Source: Mobula hypostoma
Taxonomy: Eukaryota
NCBI RefSeq assembly: GCF_963921235.1
Contig: NC_086097.1
Coordinates: 91,948,001 to 92,012,000, forward strand
Direction of reading: 5' to 3'
DNA length: 64,000 nucleotides
A program made the position numbers and the translations under genes. The notes beneath the pieces were generated by a model. The model worked only from the letters and a program-made list of their open reading frames with translations, searched no databases and was not told where the DNA came from. Within the stretch, counting starts at the first letter, position 1, and the number at the start of each line of letters is the position of its first letter. This document shows, one piece after another, positions 25,401 through 38,159 of the stretch.

Positions 25401-26858
25401 TGTTACTCCATTCTTTAAGAAAGGAGGAAGGCAACAGAAAGGAAATTATAGACCAGTTAGCCTGATCTCAGTGGTTGGGAAGATGTTAGAGTCAATTGTT
25501 AAGGATGAGGTGATGGAGACTTGATGATACAGGACAAGATAGTACAAAGTCAGCATGGTTTCCTTCAGAGAAAAACCTGCCTGGCGAACCTGGTGGAATT
25601 CTTTGAGGGGATTACAAGTAGGATAGATAAAGGGAATACAGTGGGTGTTGCATATTTGGACTTTCAGAAGGTCTTTGACAAGGTGCCACACATGAGGCTG
25701 CTTACCAAGTTAAGAGCCCACGGTATTACAGAAAAGTTACTAACATGGTTAGAACATTGGCTGATTGGTAGGAGGTAGCAAGTGTGAATAAAAGGGTCCT
25801 TTTCTGGTTGACTGCCAGTGACTAGTGGTGTTCTGTAGGGGTTGGTGTTGGGACCACTTCTTCTTATGCTATCTATAAATGATTTAGATGATGGAATAGA
25901 TGGCTTTGTTTCCAAGTTTGCAGATGACACAAAGATTGGTGGAAGGACAGTTAGTGCTGAGGAAACAGGTAAGATGCAGAAGGACTTAGACAGATTAGGA
26001 GAATGGGCAAGAAAGTGACAAATGAAATAAAATGTTGGAAAATGCATGGTCATGCACTTTGGTAGTTGAAATAAATGTGCGGACTATTTTCTAAACTGGG
26101 AGAAAATCCAAAAATCTGAGATACAAAAGTACTTCAGAGTCCTTGTACAGAACACACTAAAGGTTAACTTGCAAGTCAACTCAATGGTGAGGAAGGCAAA
26201 TGTCATGTTAGCATTCATTTCAAGAGGTCTAGAATACAAGAGCAAGGATGTGATGCTGTGGCTTTATAAGGCACTGGAGAGGCCTCACCTTGAGTATTGT
26301 GAACAGTTTTGGGCTCCTCATCTTTGAAGAGATGTGCTGGCGTTGGAGAGGTCCAGAGGAGGTTCATAAGGATGATTCCAGGAATGGAAGGGTTATCATA
26401 CAAGGAATGTTTGATGGTTCTGTGTCTGTACTTGCTGGAATTCAGAAGGATGAGGGGGGATCTCATTGAAACCTTCTGAATGTTGAAATTCCTAGACAGA
26501 GTAGATGTGGAAAGGATATTTCCCATGGTGGGAGAGTCTAGGACAAGAGGGCACAGCCTCAGGATAGAGGGGTGTCCTTTCAAAAGAGAGATGCAGAGGA
26601 ATTTCTTCAGCCAAACGGTGGTGAATTTGTGGAATTTGTTGCCACATGCAGCTGTGGAGGCCAGGTCGTTGGGTGTATATAAGATAGAGATTGATAGGTT
26701 GTTGATTGGACATGGCAACAAAAGGTTGCGGGGAGAAGGCTGGGAACTGGGGTTGAGGAGGAGATAGAAAAAAAGGATCAGACATGATTGAATGGCGGAG
26801 CAGACTCGATGGGCCAGATGGTCTAATTCTGCTCCTGTGTCTTATGGTCTTATGGTCT
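22430..26858 (+). mobile_element. Near full-length but defective CR1 LINE (5' UTR, ORF1 with esterase, ORF2 APE + RT, tail)
   Basis: ORF1 VCSLCRM, VVIG/DSIVRG and HIGTNDLG (SGNH esterase); ORF2 LYLNARSIRNK, AVIYRPP, YLDFQKVFDKVPH and FADDTK; (cttatggt)n tail at ~26840-26858; many stops and frameshifts; 5' boundary uncertain. Confidence 0.95.
23205..23296 (-). mobile_element. 92-bp Penelope-terminus insertion in CR1 ORF1
   Basis: 14-bp TSD tagtgatagggact at 23191-23204 and 23297-23310. Confidence 0.8.
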
Positions 26859-27350
26859 AAGAGAAATTGACCAAGGTGAAAGGGGTCCTTGTTGATCAAA
26901 AATATATAATAAAAGACCAACGAATCCAGGACGATAAATGCAGAAAATGCCAAGAAAAACCAGAAACAATCCAACACATTACAGGATCCTGTAGCAGTTC
27001 AACTCAATCTTATTACTTACACAGGCACAATCAAGTGGCAAACATCAGTCACCAAAATCTTGCTTCAAAATGCAAATTGATAAAAGACACCATACCTTAC
27101 TATAAATACAAGCCAGATCCATTTTTAGTGTCAGTGTCCTACAAATTATACTCTGACCGATCTATTATTACAGATAGGACAATCCAGAATAGCCGTCCGG
27201 GTATAATATTACGGGATAAACAATGAAGAACAGCTTACTTGATGGATATAACCATTCCAAAAACAGATAACATACAGAAATCAATTAAAAATACCAAAAA
27301 TATGCTTGAATTAAAAGAGGATTTGAAAGACTATGGAGCACGAACAGGTG
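26859..27350 (+). mobile_element. R4/Dong-clade non-LTR element, RLE-domain fragment
   Basis: CRKCQEKPETIQHITGSC...YLHRHNQVANI...SRPGIILRDKQ (CCHC knuckle plus restriction-like endonuclease). Confidence 0.85.
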
Positions 27351-27479
27351 CTGCCTGACCTGATGAATGTTTCCAGCAATTTTGTTTTTTTTTTGTTTCA
27401 GGTTCCCAGTATCTGCCTTTTCTATTTTCAGTAAATGCAGTGGTTTTGAGAACAGTGAGGCAGTGATTTAATAATGTGT

Positions 27480-29810
27480 TATGCTGGTGTTCACTGAGAT
27501 AAATATGCATATCTTCAATCTAATAATAATAAATAATGAACTTTGGACTATATAATTGCAGAACATTAGACATAAAGAAAAGTGAATAGAGTTATAAGTA
27601 AATAAAACAGAGCAGAAGGATACAACTCAACCGATGGATGAATATGAAACATAAATATCTTGGATATCAACAAGAAAGTTGATCATTATGCGATAAAGGG
27701 AAAACTTTTTGACAGAATTTACTTTAAAGCGTAAAAAATTCTGCCAAACAGAGCTCAATATAATAATATAACAAAATCAAGTGTTTAACACTTCTACTAT
27801 ACACATATTAACGTATTCTTTTGGCATAATATCTTGGTCTGAAGCCAATCTGTAAAACTTGCAAAGAAAAATAAGAACTGAAATGACAAATTTTAGAAGA
27901 CTCTATGTATACTTACACTACACTATCTAGCACAGAAGGAAAAAAATAAATAACAGACATAAAAATTTACACATCAGTCAGATAAAACTTCTAAAGGCAT
28001 ATTTCAATCCACAAAAACAGGATTCAGCATTCAACACAAGTATATGCAACTCTGATAAGAAGTGCACACCACTGAAGTTAAATGAGAGCACAACCCAGAA
28101 AGTTGAAGAAATTATCACTACAGAACAAAAAGCTAGCTGATGGAAGAGCATGACCCTCCATGGAAGTCATCCCTGTGATCTAAGAAGAATAGATATCAAC
28201 AAGGAAGCCTTGAATGCCTGGCTCAGAGTTGGAGATTTCTTCCCAGAAACAGAGGGATCCCTAGTTAACACAAAATGTTTTGAAAAATACAGAATAAAAG
28301 ACGAACAAATTCAAGATGTCAAGAGGACAAATGCAGAAAATGCCAAGAGAAACCAGAAACAATTCATCAGATTGCAGGATCCTGCAGCAGTTTAACTCAA
28401 TCTGTTTACTTAGTAAGTTCAAAGATGAAAGTTCAAACTAGATTTATTATCAAAGTACGTATCCTACATATACGTTTGAGATTTGTCTCCTTACAGGCAG
28501 CGACAGAACAAATAAACCCAACAGAACCCATGACAAAAAGGAAGACTGCCAAGCACCCAATGTGCAGGGAAAAAAAACCAAATTGGTCAAACAATAAAAG
28601 TAAGCAAATAGCATTCAGAACTGAAGCTCACAAAAGTGAGTCCGCAGACATGAAGCCAGCAGCCAGCTGATTCAGCAGCCTGTTAACTGCAGGCCACAGA
28701 CTTAGTTCAGCACAGAGACGAGTGGAGAAGTGAACTGACCCTGACAGTCCCTTTCTTTTAACCCCTACCTTTCCAATCAGGGTCCGTGCTTAAATTGATC
28801 AAACCTCGGATCTTTCCTCGCTCTTAAGCCCAGGTTCCACCTCAACTCTGCTTGTTTCGCCTCAGTTCTGCCGCATTGAAGTACCTCCAAGTCCGCTCCA
28901 GCCATGGCCAATCACTGACTCATTCCCTGCTCTTGTGTCCAGGCCAAGTTGCCTCGATTCGTCCCAGACACACCACGCTGCAACCGTCCTGCACCTTCGA
29001 GACTTCAGTTCACACCGCAACAGTGCCAGGCCGTGCAGGCGGTTCAAAAGCTCTACTCCGAAAGGGAAGTTACAGGCTACAGATTGCCGGGGTCATTCAC
29101 CGGAGAAAATGTGATTAATAAAGTAGTTAATAGCTTTCTTGGTTTCGTTTGCCACCAGCAAGTAGTTGCAGAGCATCACTAGCGCCATCTTAAAGAGAAA
29201 AGTACAATTAAGACACAGGCACAATCAAGTGGCAAACATCATTCACCAAAATCTTGCTTTAAACCACAAATTCTTAAAATACACCATATCTTACCTTTAA
29301 TACAATCCTGAGCCAGTTTTTGACACAGAGTCCAACAAATTATATTATGACCAATTCCTTATTACAGATAGGACAATCCATAATAACCAGCCAAGTCAGG
29401 CAGCATCTATGGAAAATAATAAACAGTTGACATTTCGGGCCTAGACCTTTCTTCAGGGCTGTTCACAGAAAGTCTGCAGATTATTCTCATGGTTGTGATC
29501 CATAATAACCCTCCAGATATAATATTACAGGGTAAACAAGTCAAGAACAACTTACATTATAGTTATAACCATTCCAAGCACACATAAATACAGAAACCAA
29601 TAAGTGAGACACACCAGCAACATGCTGAATTAAAAGAAGAAACTGAAAGACTATATAACATGAACAGTGCCCTAATAGCAACCATATACAACTGGTATCT
29701 TCCCGAAGTCACTACACAAAGGCATTAAACAATTACGCAGCAATATTTATGTAAACCTCCAAAAAGCCACTAAACTAGTCCAAATGTTCCTAGCAATTGA
29801 GAAATTGAGA
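27480..29810 (+). mobile_element. R4/Dong-clade non-LTR element 3' half, interrupted by later insertions (28413-29195 and ~29390-29490)
   Basis: MTLHG...INKEALNAWLRVGDFFPETEG; RHNQVANIIHQNLA resumes at ~29215. Confidence 0.8.
28413..29195 (-). mobile_element. Repeat with Rex1/Babar-type 3' terminus inserted in the R4 element
   Basis: aagttcaaa...tttattatcaaagtac terminus; reverse-complement similarity to 1046-1270. Confidence 0.5.
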
Positions 29811-29839
29811 AATGATTGTGCTTGGCTGTGCTTGTACCA

Positions 29840-30825
29840 GCTTGGGCTAAGAGAAAAAACAACTTTATTGATGGAGCACATTTCATACAGATGATGTAGT
29901 TCAAAGAGCTTTACAATGGGAGAAAAGTACAAACATGAAAATAAAATAAAAAATAAAGCTAAATATAAACATGAAGATAAAAGACAAAAAGATGTTAGTG
30001 AAAAGCAAGGTTAAATAAATCGGTTTTGAGCTGGTGTTTAAAAATGTCAACTGAGTCTGCATCCCTTATAGTTTCAGGTATTGAATTCCAGAGTTTAGGA
30101 GCTTAGTTCAAAACAGCTGACCTGCCAATTATCTTTTGGATTGTTTAAATTTTAGAGAGTGGTGAGAAAAGACTTGAGAGCTCGAGCAGGATTATAAAAT
30201 GAAAGTGATTCTGCGATGTACTCCCGTCCTAGACCATTCAGAGCCTTAAAAACAAGTAAGAGATTTTTTATTCAATTCTTAAAAAGATACAGGAAGCCAA
30301 TGCAGAGTACCTACTACAGGAGTAATATGGCATGAATATCAATTTCTCTTTCCATTAAAAATAATTCCTTCCCCCTCCCCTCTTCTTCTATTCCCCACTC
30401 TGGTCCCTTACCTCTTCTCTCCTGCCTATCAGCTCTCACTGGTGTCCCTCCTCTTTCCTTTTCTCCTGTGGTCCACTCTCCTCTCCTATCAGATTCTTTC
30501 TTCTCCAGTCCTTTACCTTCCTCACCCACCTGGATTCACCTAACACCTTCTAGCTATCCTCCTTCCTCTCTCCCCACCTTTTATTCGAGCGTCTTCCCCC
30601 TTCCTTTCCAGTCCTGATGAAGAGTCTTGGCCCAAAATGTTGACTGTTTGTTCACTTCCATGGATGCTGCCTGACCTGCTGAGTTCCTCCAGAATTCTGT
30701 GTGTTTTGCTTTGGACTTCCAGCATCTGCAGTATTTCTTGTGTACATGTTCCCTTGTCCTGGTTTTGGTTAAAAGTCTAGCAGTGGTGTTCTGAAAGATT
30801 TGAAGTCTGTCAATCGAGTGTTCTA
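29840..30825 (-). mobile_element. L2 LINE 3' end, split by a Penelope fragment (30330-30742, +)
   Basis: RLQIFQNTTARLLTKTRTREH, then LHWLPV...ISYLF/KALNGL-type L2 C-terminus on the other side of the insertion. Confidence 0.7.
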
Positions 30826-31261
30826 ATCTTTTCAACCAGATCCCTACGTGGTGACCTGTAGATCAAAAAGCTCTGCTGAATTAATCATGGTTATCATCCA
30901 ATTTGGTTGACTCATGCATTTTTTTTGCATTAAAATAGAGTGCAAATTGTGCAGCTGAGTAACTTCCTGCAATGAATAACAAGACTGCCTTTCTGCAGCT
31001 TTGAGAATTGTGTTAAATGCTGAAGAAGCACCAGCCCAAGATATTTCATCCACTTAACAAAAAATCTTTACTTTAGAGTCTTTGAAACTTTCAGAATCAG
31101 AATCAGGTTTCTGGTTCATCTGGGGATAAGTCCAATGGACCATGATGCACAAGACCTTGGACAACAGGGTTAAAATCGTATCCAATTCATGTATGGCTGC
31201 ACCAGGCTGTGCGTGGAACCAAGGAATGTGTCACTTTGTACTGAGTTTGTACCTGTCCCTG

Positions 31262-31545
31262 ATGCTGCGTGTGGCCAGGTGGTTAGGGCATTGGGCTCAC
31301 AATCTGAAGGTCGTGGGTTCGAGTCTCGGCCAAGGCAGCGTGTTGTGTCTTTGAGCAAGGCACTTAACCACACACTGCTCCAGTCCACCCAGCTGAAAAA
31401 TAGGTACTGGCAAATTCTGGGGGTTAATCTCGCAATAGACTGGCGTCCTATCCAGGGGGAAGTCTCGTACTCTCAGTCGCTTCATGCCACAGAAACTGGC
31501 ATGAGCACCGGCCTGATGGGCCACAAGGCTCGGGACTGACCTTAA
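31262..31545 (+). mobile_element. tRNA-derived SINE with Pol III A/B boxes
   Basis: A box tggccaggtgg, B box ggttcgagtc, followed by central domain ttgtgtctttgagcaaggcacttaacc. Confidence 0.75.
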
Positions 31546-33169
31546 CTTTAACTGATGGGTCTGCAAAGGATGGGTCTGACCCTTCTGGACATTGCCATAC
31601 CACCTGTCCTAGGTGGAAAAGTTCTTCCAGACCAACACCTTTGACCACAAGTCCACCAGGCCGTGGTCAGCATAGAATTTCCTGCAGATACTGCAGGAGA
31701 AGGACTCGATGGATAATGGGGATAGGTCCCTGAGCAGACAGTCCAAATCATTTGGCAAAATGTCTCACGCTTTAACTCACCAACAAGCAACACGGCCTCT
31801 GCTCTCTCCCCTGGATGACTGCAGTGAGGATGCAATGGTAGCTCACATCTTTGTTTATATTATTTATTTACTTCCTGAGAGAAAGCACGGAGTAGGCCAT
31901 TCCATCCCTTCGAGCCGCAGCGTCCAGCAACTCCCAATTTAAACCCCAGCCCACTCACAGGACAATTTACAATGACCAATTAACCTGCTAACCGGTACAT
32001 CTTTGGACTGTTGGAGGAAACCAGGGCACTCGGAGGAAATGCACGTGGTCACAGGGAGAACATGGTGCATGGAATGGGTTGCCGGCGACGGTGATGGAGT
32101 CGGATACTTTTAAGAGACTCCTGGATAGGTACATGGAGTTTAGAAAAATAGAGGGTAACTCGAGGTAATTTCTAAGCTAAGGACATGTTCGGCGCAGCTT
32201 TGTGGGCCGAAGGGCCTGTATTGTGCTGTAGGTGTTCTATGTTTCTAACATACAAACTCCTTACAGGCAGTGACAGGAATGAAGAGAGTGTGAAGAAAGA
32301 TGTGAGGACCCCTGTCACAGTTCATCCACAGCAGCTGAGTAAACAAGGACTCTCTGATCTATGGGTGGTCATCAGGGGCATTCATCAAGATAGATATAAA
32401 GACCTCTAGATGGTCATCAATTCAGTGAAAGATGCTCTCTCGTCTGACCAAAACATGTTGGTCTTCCAATGAGATGTTTGTAAGGGAATATTCTGAATGG
32501 CTCATTCCAGGCTGGAGGAGTAGATGCTGTGGGATGAACTAAAGCTTGGTGCAGCCAACACAAGGGCTCAGTGGGGAAGAACCACAGGCTATTGTTCATC
32601 TTCTACTGGACACGGATGAGTGGTGAAGCCCATATATCATCTCAATTAATGTATCACCCTAGGGGCCCACACGAGTGGTTATGATTCTGTGGATTAAAAA
32701 AAATTAGTTCGCATTACTTAATTTATTGACCATGAATGTTAACATTTGGCCCTGTTTAGTCTTCTGTATGTTTTTTATTATGATAATATATTTCTGAAAT
32801 ATAAAGACAATTAAGTTGTATAGAACAACTATCTGACCTGTAAGACTTACTTCCAAATTTCAACTGAAGACAGTAATAAGTTCCATTTCAACAAAGTATA
32901 GGTAGTACCAGGTTATTTACAAGTCCTATTCCTCAGAATTACCTGTAAGCTGATGTCTCTGTAAATCAGAAATGTCCATTTCCTACAGTAGCCTGCAGTA
33001 TGTTGTATCCCTCTACATACAGTACACTTGCTATTATTATTTCATTTTATTGAGCCCTAACTCTATGGATAATTAAAGTAATCCTGTATCCAGTCATTAA
33101 TGAATACTGCAAAACAGCTTCATTATTATTGTATTTTTAGTATTTCTCAGCTCAAGCTGGTAAAACTTG

Positions 33170-34690
33170 AGGTATGGGCATAGCCAAGCACACTCATTTC
33201 TCAATTGCTAGGAACTTTTGGACTAGTCTAGTGGAGTTTAGTATCGTAACTTTCTGAAGATTTACATAAATATTGCTGTGTAGTCCTAATTGTTTAATGT
33301 TACTTGTAGTGACTTTGGGATGATACCAGTTGTAGATATTATGCGTGGGACAATATTTATCCTGTTCATGTTCCATAGTCTTTCAAATTCCTCTTTTTTC
33401 AGCATATTTCTGGTGTTTTTCACAGATTTCTGTCTGTTGTGTGTGTTTCGAATAACTATATCATTAAATAAGTTGTTCTTGCTTGTTTATCCTGTAATAT
33501 TATATCCAGATGGTTATTACGGATTGTCCTATCTGCAATAATAGATCAGTCATTACATAATTTATAGGACTCTGACTCTAAAATTGGATTAGGCTTGTAT
33601 TTAGAGTGACGTATGGTTTCTTTTATGAGTTTGTATTTTAAAGCAGGATTTTGATGAATGATGTTTGCCACTTGATTGTGCCTGTGTAAGTAATTAGATT
33701 GTGTTAAAATGCTGCAGAATCTTGTAATGTATTTGATTGCTTCTGGTTTCTCTTGGCATTTTCTCAATTCATTGCCTTGAATTTGTTGCATCTTTTATTA
33801 TGTATTTTTGATAATCAAGGACCCCTTTCACCCTGGTCAATTTCTCTTCTTCCCCTTTCCCAGAGAGAAGATACTAAAGTTTGACAGTACATACCACCAG
33901 GCTCAAGAACGGTTATACCCATGGTTATACCTGGTCCTGTATTGCCACAAGCAGCTCCACTGTTTCTGGGGAGAGCTCCCCATCTCTGCATCCTTGTTGA
34001 CATCTAGCCTGCTCAGACATGCGAATGTCTTCCCTGAAGGTCATACTCTTCCATTGGTTAACCTTTTCTTCTGTAGTGATAACCTTTTCATTTGTTCTGG
34101 GTTGTGCTTTTACTTAAGTTTTGGATTATGTACTTCTGATCAGAATTGCATATACTTGTGTTGAATGCTGAATCCTGTTTTTGTGTATGAAAGTATATCT
34201 TTGGAAGTTTTATTTGACGGTTGTGTAAACCTTTAATATCTGTTATTCCCTTTCTCCTTCTGTCCTAGGTAGTGTTAGTCTAACTGTACATAGTGTTTTC
34301 TGAAATTTGTCATTTCAGTTCTTATTTTTCTTAGTAAATTTTCCAGATTGGTTATGAACCAACAGTGGAAGTGTTTATTCCCTTTGCTATAGTTTTACTA
34401 TGAGCTCTATTTGGCAGATTTTTTTTTAAGCCTTGAAGTAAATACGGTCTAAAGTTTCACTTTTATTGCACTATGATCTGTTTTCTTTATTTGTTGATAT
34501 CCAGGATACTTAAATGTTTCATGTTCATCCATCGGATGAGTTGTATCCTCCTGCTCTGTTTTATTTTGAGTAGATCTATTGCACCTTTCCTTATGTTTAA
34601 TTTTTGCAATTATCTAGTCCAAAGTTCATCATTATTACTATTAGCTTTAAGATATGTTTTACAAAATGTATGGAATAATTTGTGAATAAG
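33170..34690 (-). mobile_element. R4/Dong-clade non-LTR element 3' half, with a ~110-bp Rex1/Babar fragment at ~33812-33920
   Basis: RKCQEKPEAIKYITRFC...YLHRHNQVANIIHQ and NLQKVTILNSTRLVQKFL; inverted relative of 27480-29810. Confidence 0.85.
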
Positions 34691-35581
34691 TCAGTTTATT
34701 TGTAACCCGGAGATCCCCTGTAGAAAAAATAATACAGTCAGTAAGCTACATCACACTGCAATCACTACTGAGTTGGTCGTGCCTTTACTTTCTGAGTCAG
34801 ACTCTTAGATTTGGACACATTACACAGGCTGATTCACCTGCAGTCGGGAGGAGTGCCACGCAGTCAAAGGAACAAGCTGTGACATTGTCTATCTTTGCAC
34901 AACTGTTTCCTGAGCAATATTTGTCTCTGTGAACACACCATAATAAATTATTAAACATTGACTCACTAATCTCAAAACCACTGTATTTACTGAAAGTCAG
35001 ATGCTGGGAATCTGAAAAAAACTCAGAATTGCTGGAAACACTCATCAGGTCAGGTGGCACCTATTGTGAAAGAAGGAAAACAAGGTGGTTTGATGATGCA
35101 GAAAGAATGGAGGAGAAGAGAACGTTGCAAAGGATATATATACACAGTATATCTAAAAATTCCATTAACCTGCTGTTGGGCTTTTCAGTGATCCATGTCG
35201 TTTGAATCTGGCTCACCGAGTTATGTAAGCAATCCCCATTCTCAGTGTTTTAGGAATGGCTTCTTCCCCTTCATCATCAGATTTTGGAAAGGTTCATGGA
35301 CACTAGCTCTCTAATCCCCCTTTGCACTATGTATGTAAGTATATACCTTACAGAAATTTTTATGATTTGCACTGGGCATGCCACCAACATCTCCATGTCA
35401 CATACAGCACCCTGTCTACATTACTGCCCCATATAATCCATTTGACTGCACAACATGTCGTGGAGTCATCCCGTCAGATAGATTGATCTTTCTGGTTGAC
35501 TGCCAATGACTTGTGCTGTTCTGCAGGGGCCGGTGTTGGAACTACTTTTTTCATGTTATATGTCAATAATTTAGATGATTA

Positions 35582-36366
35582 TGTCATGGTCCGGTCCATG
35601 AAGTCCGCATTCCGGTTCATAGTCTGGTCCGTGGATTCCGTACTCCAGTTATTGCATCTTTCCCTTGTTCCGTCAGGGGCCTTAATTGAGGCACGTGATT
35701 CTTGTCTCAGGCTGGCAACATACAATAGCTCTGGGGTCCAGTGATATTTGCTGGACCGTTCTTGTCAGAACCCCGTAAGTTACCTCATCTGTAACTTTCG
35801 TCAGCGACCTCGTCAGAATCCCCGTCAAGTTAACCTGCCGGAGTGAGACTGGAGCCTTGTCGCATCAAGATAAGGAACAGTCTATCATTGTGTGGTCTTG
35901 TCTCTTCGTGTCCTTGCCTTCACTAGGTAGGTCCGGCTGTTTGCCACTACCTTGAGTGGAGATCTGTCGCTTCGTGTTCGGTGTTCTGCTTATAAAAAGA
36001 GTCCCGGCCCTATGTCCTGTACCCAAGGAGGGGTCCTGACTCTGTGTTCCGTGTCTAAGAGGAGTCCCGGCCCCATGTCCTGTATCCAAAGAGGGCTCTG
36101 TGTTTCGTGTTCCAGTCCAGTCCGAGTTAAGTCTTTGTGTTCCAGTCCAGTCCGAGTCAAGGCTTCGTGTTCCAGTATTGTCCAGTGCTTGTGTCTGTGT
36201 CCAGCTATGCTTCTTCCTGCTCTGCTTTGCTCTCTCCTGGATTACCCCCTGATCAATCCTTTCTTCGTGACTTCCCTTGCTTTCTTGATAAACTCATTGC
36301 CCAGTTCCTAGTACTTCGGTGTCTGTGTCTTGCATTTGGGTCCACTATCAGTGCCCCCTTGCAACA
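35582..36366 (+). mobile_element. Solo LTR (Gypsy-type)
   Basis: TG...CA termini (tgtcatgg...ttgcaaca); flanks gatta/gattc (5-bp TSD, one mismatch); internal 30-bp and ~65-bp tandem repeats; no coding remnant. Confidence 0.8.
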
Positions 36367-36922
36367 GATTCTTTCATTCCCGGAATCATTCTCATGAACC
36401 TCCTCTGGACCATCCCCAAGGCTAACAAATCTTTTCTTAGATAAGGGGCCCAAAACTGCTTGCAATGCTCCAAGAGCAGTCCAACCAATGCCTTATAAAG
36501 CCTTAGCATTATATCCTTGCTCTTATACTGGGACAGTACACATAGTGGTTAACACAACGCTTTGCTGTACCAGCAACGTGGGTTCAGTGGGCCTTGCGGC
36601 CAAGTTTGCTTTTGACACAAAGATAGGTGGAGGGTCAGATAGTGTTGAGGAAGCAGGGAGTCTGCTAAAGGACTTTGACAAATTTAGAGAATGGGCGAAG
36701 AACTAGCAGATGGATATGGTGTCAGGAAGTGTACATTTATGCACTTTGGTAGAAGAAATAAGGGCGTAAACTATTTTCCAAACGGGGAGGAAATTCAAAA
36801 ATCAAGGTGCAAAGGGACTTGGGAGTCCTTGTGCAGGATTCCCTGAAGGTTAACTTGCAGATTGAGTCAGTGGTATGGAAGGCAAATGCAATGTTAGCAT
36901 TCGGTTCAAGAGGACCAGAATA

Positions 36923-37190
36923 GTTATTTATTTATTTACTGAGATACAACATGGAATAGGCCTTTCCGGCCCTTCATGTCATGTTGCCCAGCAATCCCCT
37001 GATTTAATTCCATAGGGCAATTTACGATGACCAATTAATCTACCAAATGGTATGTTTTTGGACTGTGGGAGGAAACCGGAGCACCCAGAGGAAACCCGTG
37101 CAATCCCCGAACAGGCAGCGGTGCAAACTGAACCCGGGCTGTCGGTACTGCAAAGCGTTGTGCTAACCACTACGCTACTGTACCGCCCCA
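36923..37190 (-). mobile_element. V-SINE inserted in CR1
   Basis: (ttta)n tail at left, V-domain, tRNA-like head at right; flanks ccagaata/ccagtata. Confidence 0.8.
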
Positions 37191-37879
37191 GTATAAGAGC
37201 AAGGATATAATGCTGAGGCTTTATAAGGCATTGGTTCAAATGCACTTGGAGCATTACGAGCTGTTTTGGGCCCCTTATCTAAGAAAAGCTTTGCTAGCCT
37301 TGGAGATGGTCCAGAGGAGGTTCATGAGCATGATTCTGGGAATGAAAGAGTCAATGTATAAGGAGCCCTAGACCTGTAATCCTGGAGTTCAGAAGAATGA
37401 GGGGGTATTTCATTGAAACCTATCACATATTGAAAGACCGCAATAGAACAGATACCGAGAGGATGTCTCCTATAGTGAGTGAATCTTGGACCAGAGGGCA
37501 CAGCCTCAAATTACAGGTATGGTCATTTAGAAAAGAGATGAAGAGGAATTTCTTTAGGCAGAGAGTGGTGAATCTGTAGAATTCACTGCCACCGATGACT
37601 GTGGAGGTCAAGCCATTGGGTATATTTAAGTTGGAGGTTAAGTTCTTGATTAGTTAGGGCATCAAAGGCTGCAAGAAGACAGGAGAATGGGGTTGAGAGG
37701 GAAAATGGATCATCCATGATGAAATGGGAGAGCAGACTTGATGGATCGAATGGCCTTACTCTGCCCCTTTCTCCAGGGTAAGGAAGTACAAACAAACTTT
37801 GGTCATGATAGTATTATTCACATTCTTGGAATTGTCTGCACAAACATCATTGAACAGTTCCCGGTTATTCTCTTGATTT

Positions 37880-38159
37880 GGTTTACGCGAGATTGCAATT
37901 TACACACACTTGTGGTTGCATTGTCATACGTTACACAAATACCGCCCAGAATCGAGCCTCCAATTGTCTTGTTTGCAGAAGGAGGGGTATTCGATCTTTA
38001 AGTCAGACGTTTGAGCTGCGCTGCTGAATAGAGAGAGTTTGATCACCCCGTCTCGCTACAGAGGTCTGATACTGAACTTCCGCTTTTGGCACAGTTTGCA
38101 GTCAGAGGAGAGAGAGAGAGTCAGACAGGTAACAAAGTGGATTGCAGAGCAAGGTATTC
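37880..38159 (+). promoter_or_regulatory. Probable promoter/5' UTR of ITPKA (CpG-retaining unique sequence with GA repeat)
   Basis: Local rise in CpG relative to flanks; (ga)n at ~38108-38120; immediately upstream of the coding exon. Confidence 0.4.

Larger units (their letters stand above)
35480..37770 (+). mobile_element. CR1 RT/3' fragment hosting a solo LTR, an inverted duplication and a V-SINE
   Basis: FFMLYVNNLDD before 35581; AAKFAFDTKIGG resumes at ~36590; CR1 3' end to ~37770. Confidence 0.85.

Noticed and set aside
31262..31335. tRNA gene
   Set aside because: A/B boxes are present but there is no clean cloverleaf, and it continues into a SINE body.
38126..38150. Splice donor caggtaac upstream of the ITPKA ATG
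   Set aside because: No plausible acceptor at a workable intron distance; cannot be supported without transcripts.
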